From Phoronis australis (taxonomy: Eukaryota; Animalia; Phoronida), in contig NMRA01000239.1 of the NCBI GenBank assembly GCA_002633005.1, positions 491,150 to 555,149 of the forward strand: a stretch of DNA of 64,000 bases. The letters run 5' to 3'. Shown here in pieces: positions 61,983 through 64,000 of the stretch; the stretch's first letter is position 1, and each line of letters opens with the position of its first letter. The position numbers were made by a program, and so were the translations under genes. The notes below the pieces were generated by a model. The model made no database searches, was not told the origin of the DNA, and was given only the letters and a program-made list of their open reading frames with translations.

Positions 61983-62135
61983 ATACAAAACGTACCTCGA
62001 TTGGCGTACATGAACTAATATCCCACTAGACAGTATTCCGCGTGTCGACCGAGACCGAAGGTCGAGGTCTATACGCGGAACAATGTCTCGTGGGATATTA
62101 CTTCATGTACGCCACTCTCGGTACGTTTTATGTAT
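61983..62135. repeat. ~150-bp imperfect palindrome (long hairpin, GAA loop)
   Basis: tggcgtacatgaactaatatcccactagaca...gacc-gaa-ggtc...tgtctcgtgggatattacttcatgtacgcca. Confidence 0.9.
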
Positions 62136-63908
62136 GTCTTGCTCCGAAACTTTACAAAATGAAATATCACTTATATCCTGCATTGTTTTCTTCTTACGCA
62201 CCTTACGGTGGTTGTCCAGCTTTAAATCTGTAAGAAAATTGAAAGCCGCTTCCGCCTCGTTGTGACGCATTTTTATGTACTGCCGATTAAATTTCGTGAC
62301 GTCCACTTTGAACAAACGTCGACAAAACAGGCGACATGTGGCAGCATAGTACGGTCCGTAGTAATATTCACAGCAATCGCAGCAGTCGCGCAAAGTAAAC
62401 CTTCTGTAGTTTCGTAGATCAACTAGAAATGAAAAGGTAATTCATCATTTTAATTGGTCATCTTGCATTAAATAATGTAGCTTCAACGGTTCCTTTGTGA
62501 ACGCCGGGTCAATGAATTTTTACGTTACTTCTACACCCTTTCAAATAATCTTTTTGGAACCATAATGCTATACGAACTCATAAGATACTCTCCCCAAGGT
62601 CAAAATCGTACCCTAAATGTGTACCGTGCTCAGGTGTAAACAGTTAAAATATTTTTAACAACACCGTGTTCTTGAGTAACTTGTCACATAAGGGTATGGC
62701 GATTCATAATTAAATGGGAAAACAGCCATTTTAAGACAACATTACCAAAACACAGATCCACGGAGGTGTTTCCACGTTGGTAAATGCTCTCCGTGTCGTA
62801 TTTACTATTCATGCAACAGTAGAGTGTGACGTAAACGGCCCAGCACAATGTTCGCATCTTCGCTTTGCATCTCTTCAGCAAACAAGAAGAATAGATAAAG
62901 AGCTCTCTCAGTAACGACTCAGACATTGTAAATGCAGAATGACAGTGAAAACAGAACCAAGTTTCGGGCCTTTGGCTGGGACGTTTACATTCCTGTTAAG
63001 GAAATGTTTATAAATCTTACCTACCAGGCAACATTAACCTACAGACGAGTGTACATATTGAAATCGTCTTTCCAAGATAACCAATGACATGTATCTTTAC
63101 TACATGCAACATCGAAACCGGTTTCTTTCTCTCTTAAAAATTGTGAATTTATGTGACTTGATTGGCGTTATTTGAAATAAAAACATGTTTGTGATAACAT
63201 GAATGTTCAGGTAATTGCTAAAGAATCTCGTGAGGTGGCGAGAACACGCAGCAGGTCTTAGGATATACACAATGGTCTGGCAGACGTGTGCTCCAAAGGG
63301 GAGTTACCAATCTATACCACAGGAAGGCTCTCTAGCTGTTCTTCAACACATCAAATGTCTTCGGAAGTCTTAATTTAGTAGAAAACCGTTTGCTACTGTA
63401 GATGAGGTAACAAGGTGCCCTTACGGGCACCTAGATGCCAGACGTCATCTACCTAATGATATTACGTGACTAACCATTGACATTATACAAATACATTGCA
63501 ATAATATAAGAAATTAGATGTGATAGGACATAAGATTATATGAAATGACAAATCGAAGATTAAATGTATTTAGTTTCAGTACACGATACACATGTACATT
63601 AATTTGTTGTTGCAAACACCGAATGAGCTACATGGTGTCGGCAACTCATATTACAATTTAGTAGCTGTCGAACTCAACTTGTTCTTGTCAAAAAGTGTGA
63701 TTTCTGAGGTTGAACATAACTGACAGATAGTGGTTATTGACCAGGATCTGTAAGTTGACTTGTTAATATTTTATGTGCCCAGTGCTTTGTAAGATCAATT
63801 ATCACTTCTCGTTGAAAAACACGTTTGTGCACTGTAGCACTGAGTAATTTAGTTTCTTCTGAGCGTGGGTCTATTGTCACTTTAAGAGTCTTGGTAAATA
63901 TAGATTAT

Positions 63909-64000
63909 TACATGTTCTCAGTCGTTATCTCCCGTAGTATAGAGCCCGAGTGGATTTTGGAGAATTATCGCCCGAGGGGGATAACGAATGAGAACATGTA
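63909..64000. repeat. Inverted repeat/hairpin running off the window end
   Basis: tacatgttctcagtcgttatctccc versus gggggataacgaatgagaacatgta (23/25 match). Confidence 0.85.

Noticed and set aside
1-64000. Prokaryotic-type systems (CRISPR arrays, operons, defence islands)
   Set aside because: The sequence is clearly spliceosomal-intron-containing animal DNA; no repeat-spacer arrays or dense ORF clusters

Overview
Eukaryotic (animal) genomic DNA, AT-rich, intron- and repeat-rich, with two assembly gaps (9416-9442, 60952-61226). The abundance of TACATGTA words and the repeat spectrum suggest a marine invertebrate bilaterian; this is an inference. Two spliced protein-coding genes can be reconstructed by hand, both on the minus strand with GT-AG junctions and consistent phases. 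(1) A divergent Group-4 (tetraopsin), neuropsin/Opn5-like opsin: 4 exons found, 16739->1815, first exon not located. It keeps the retinal-binding Lys296 and Glu181 but has Cys at position 188 and VRH in place of (E/D)RY. (2) An angiotensin-converting-enzyme-like M2 metallopeptidase: 9 exons, 60113->45788, 5' exon(s) probably beyond the window. Its catalytic set is intact and it has no C-terminal membrane anchor. Introns and the ~29 kb intergenic interval contain many transposon relics: three GC-rich MITE families with 5-bp TSDs (one with its empty site in a local duplicate), TTAA-flanked Kolobok-like elements, a tRNA-derived SINE, L1/Tx1, CR1/L2, BEL/Pao and Penelope fragments (the last with a hammerhead-like motif), a degenerate THAP domain, long DNA hairpins and local segmental duplications. 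Most entries in the ORF track are spurious.
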